Shown: positions 19,528 through 20,000 of the stretch, piece by piece | Layout: every line of letters begins with the position of its first letter | Position numbering within the stretch: position 1 is the stretch's first letter | Made by a program: the position numbers and the translations under genes | Assembly (NCBI RefSeq): GCF_004010195.1 | Contig: NC_057753.1 | Span: 9,405,555-9,425,554, forward strand | From: Chiloscyllium plagiosum | Taxonomy: Eukaryota | Direction: 5' to 3' | Length of the DNA stretch: 20,000 bases | Notes under the pieces: model-generated | Seen by the model: only the letters and a program-made list of their open reading frames with translations | The model's database searches: none | What the model was told of the DNA's origin: nothing

Positions 19528-19820
19528 TGAAAAATGTGATGCTGGAAAAACACAGCAGGCCAGGCAGCTTCCGAGGAGCAGGAGAATCGATGTTTCAGGC
19601 ATAAGCCCATCTTCAGGAATGAGGCTGGTGTGCCAGGCGGGCTGAGATAAAAGGTAGGGGGGAGGGGATTGGGGAAGGGGCGCTGGGAATACGATAGGTG
19701 GAAGGAGGTGAGGGTGCGGGTGATAGGCCGGACAGCGGGTGGGGCGGAGAGGTCGGGAAGAAGATTGCAGGTCAAGAGGGCGGTGCTGAATACGGGGGTT
19801 GGGACTGAGAAAAGGTGGTT
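19528..19820 (-). mobile_element. Penelope-like terminal fragment with hammerhead-like motif
   Basis: Minus strand attc-CTGAAGA-t-GGGC-ttat-GCCT-GAAAC-ATC-gatt at 19620-19585, then 'gctgcctggcctgctgtgtttttccagc'. Confidence 0.7.
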
Positions 19821-19830
19821 CATCCCTTGT

Positions 19831-20000
19831 GGGCAGCACGGTGGCACAGTGGTTAGCACTGCTGCTTCACAGCGCCAGAGACCCGGGTTCAATTTCTGCC
19901 TCAGGCGACTGACTGTGTGGAGTTTGCACATTCTCCCCGTGTCTGCGTGCGTTTCCTCCGGGTGCTCCGGTTTCCTCCCACAGTCCAAAGATGTGCAGGT
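19831..20000 (+). mobile_element. HE1-like tRNA-derived SINE 5' part, runs off the window
   Basis: A box TGGCACAGTGG 19842-19852, B-box-like GGTTCAATTTC 19886-19896, conserved body. Confidence 0.92.

Noticed and set aside
19831..19905. tRNA gene (A and B boxes), also at about 16180-16253 and 14800-14865
   Set aside because: These are tRNA-derived SINE heads continuing into a shared SINE body and tail.
19347..19988. 213-aa minus-strand ORF
   Set aside because: Chance read-through across SINE, Penelope-like and CR1 fragments.

Overview
Eukaryotic, repeat-rich DNA, most likely a cartilaginous fish (shark): it carries HE1-type tRNA-derived SINEs, many CR1-clade LINE fragments, a Rex1/Babar LINE and Penelope-like terminal fragments. 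Family names come from recalled consensus sequences, not a search. The window looks like part of a tandem C2H2 zinc-finger gene cluster. It holds one intact 8-finger gene with no effector domain (minus strand, 4605-5321) and two candidate promoter/first-exon modules for it (about 6653-6850 and 9353-9620). An old tandem paralogous unit (about 9241-11885) lacks the whole zinc-finger exon, and a divergently oriented paralog remnant follows a CpG island at about 13050-13520. Main findings: (1) a QSOX2-like exon 1 missed by the ORF track (1504-1755, minus), with two frameshifts and a destroyed WCGHC motif but an intact CpG island and splice donor, suggesting promoter capture; (2) reciprocal decay of the duplicated units; (3) a 257-bp near-perfect inverted duplication replacing the 3' UTR of a CR1; (4) five decayed minimal hammerhead-ribozyme motifs in the Penelope-like fragments, one in sense orientation inside the zinc-finger transcript.
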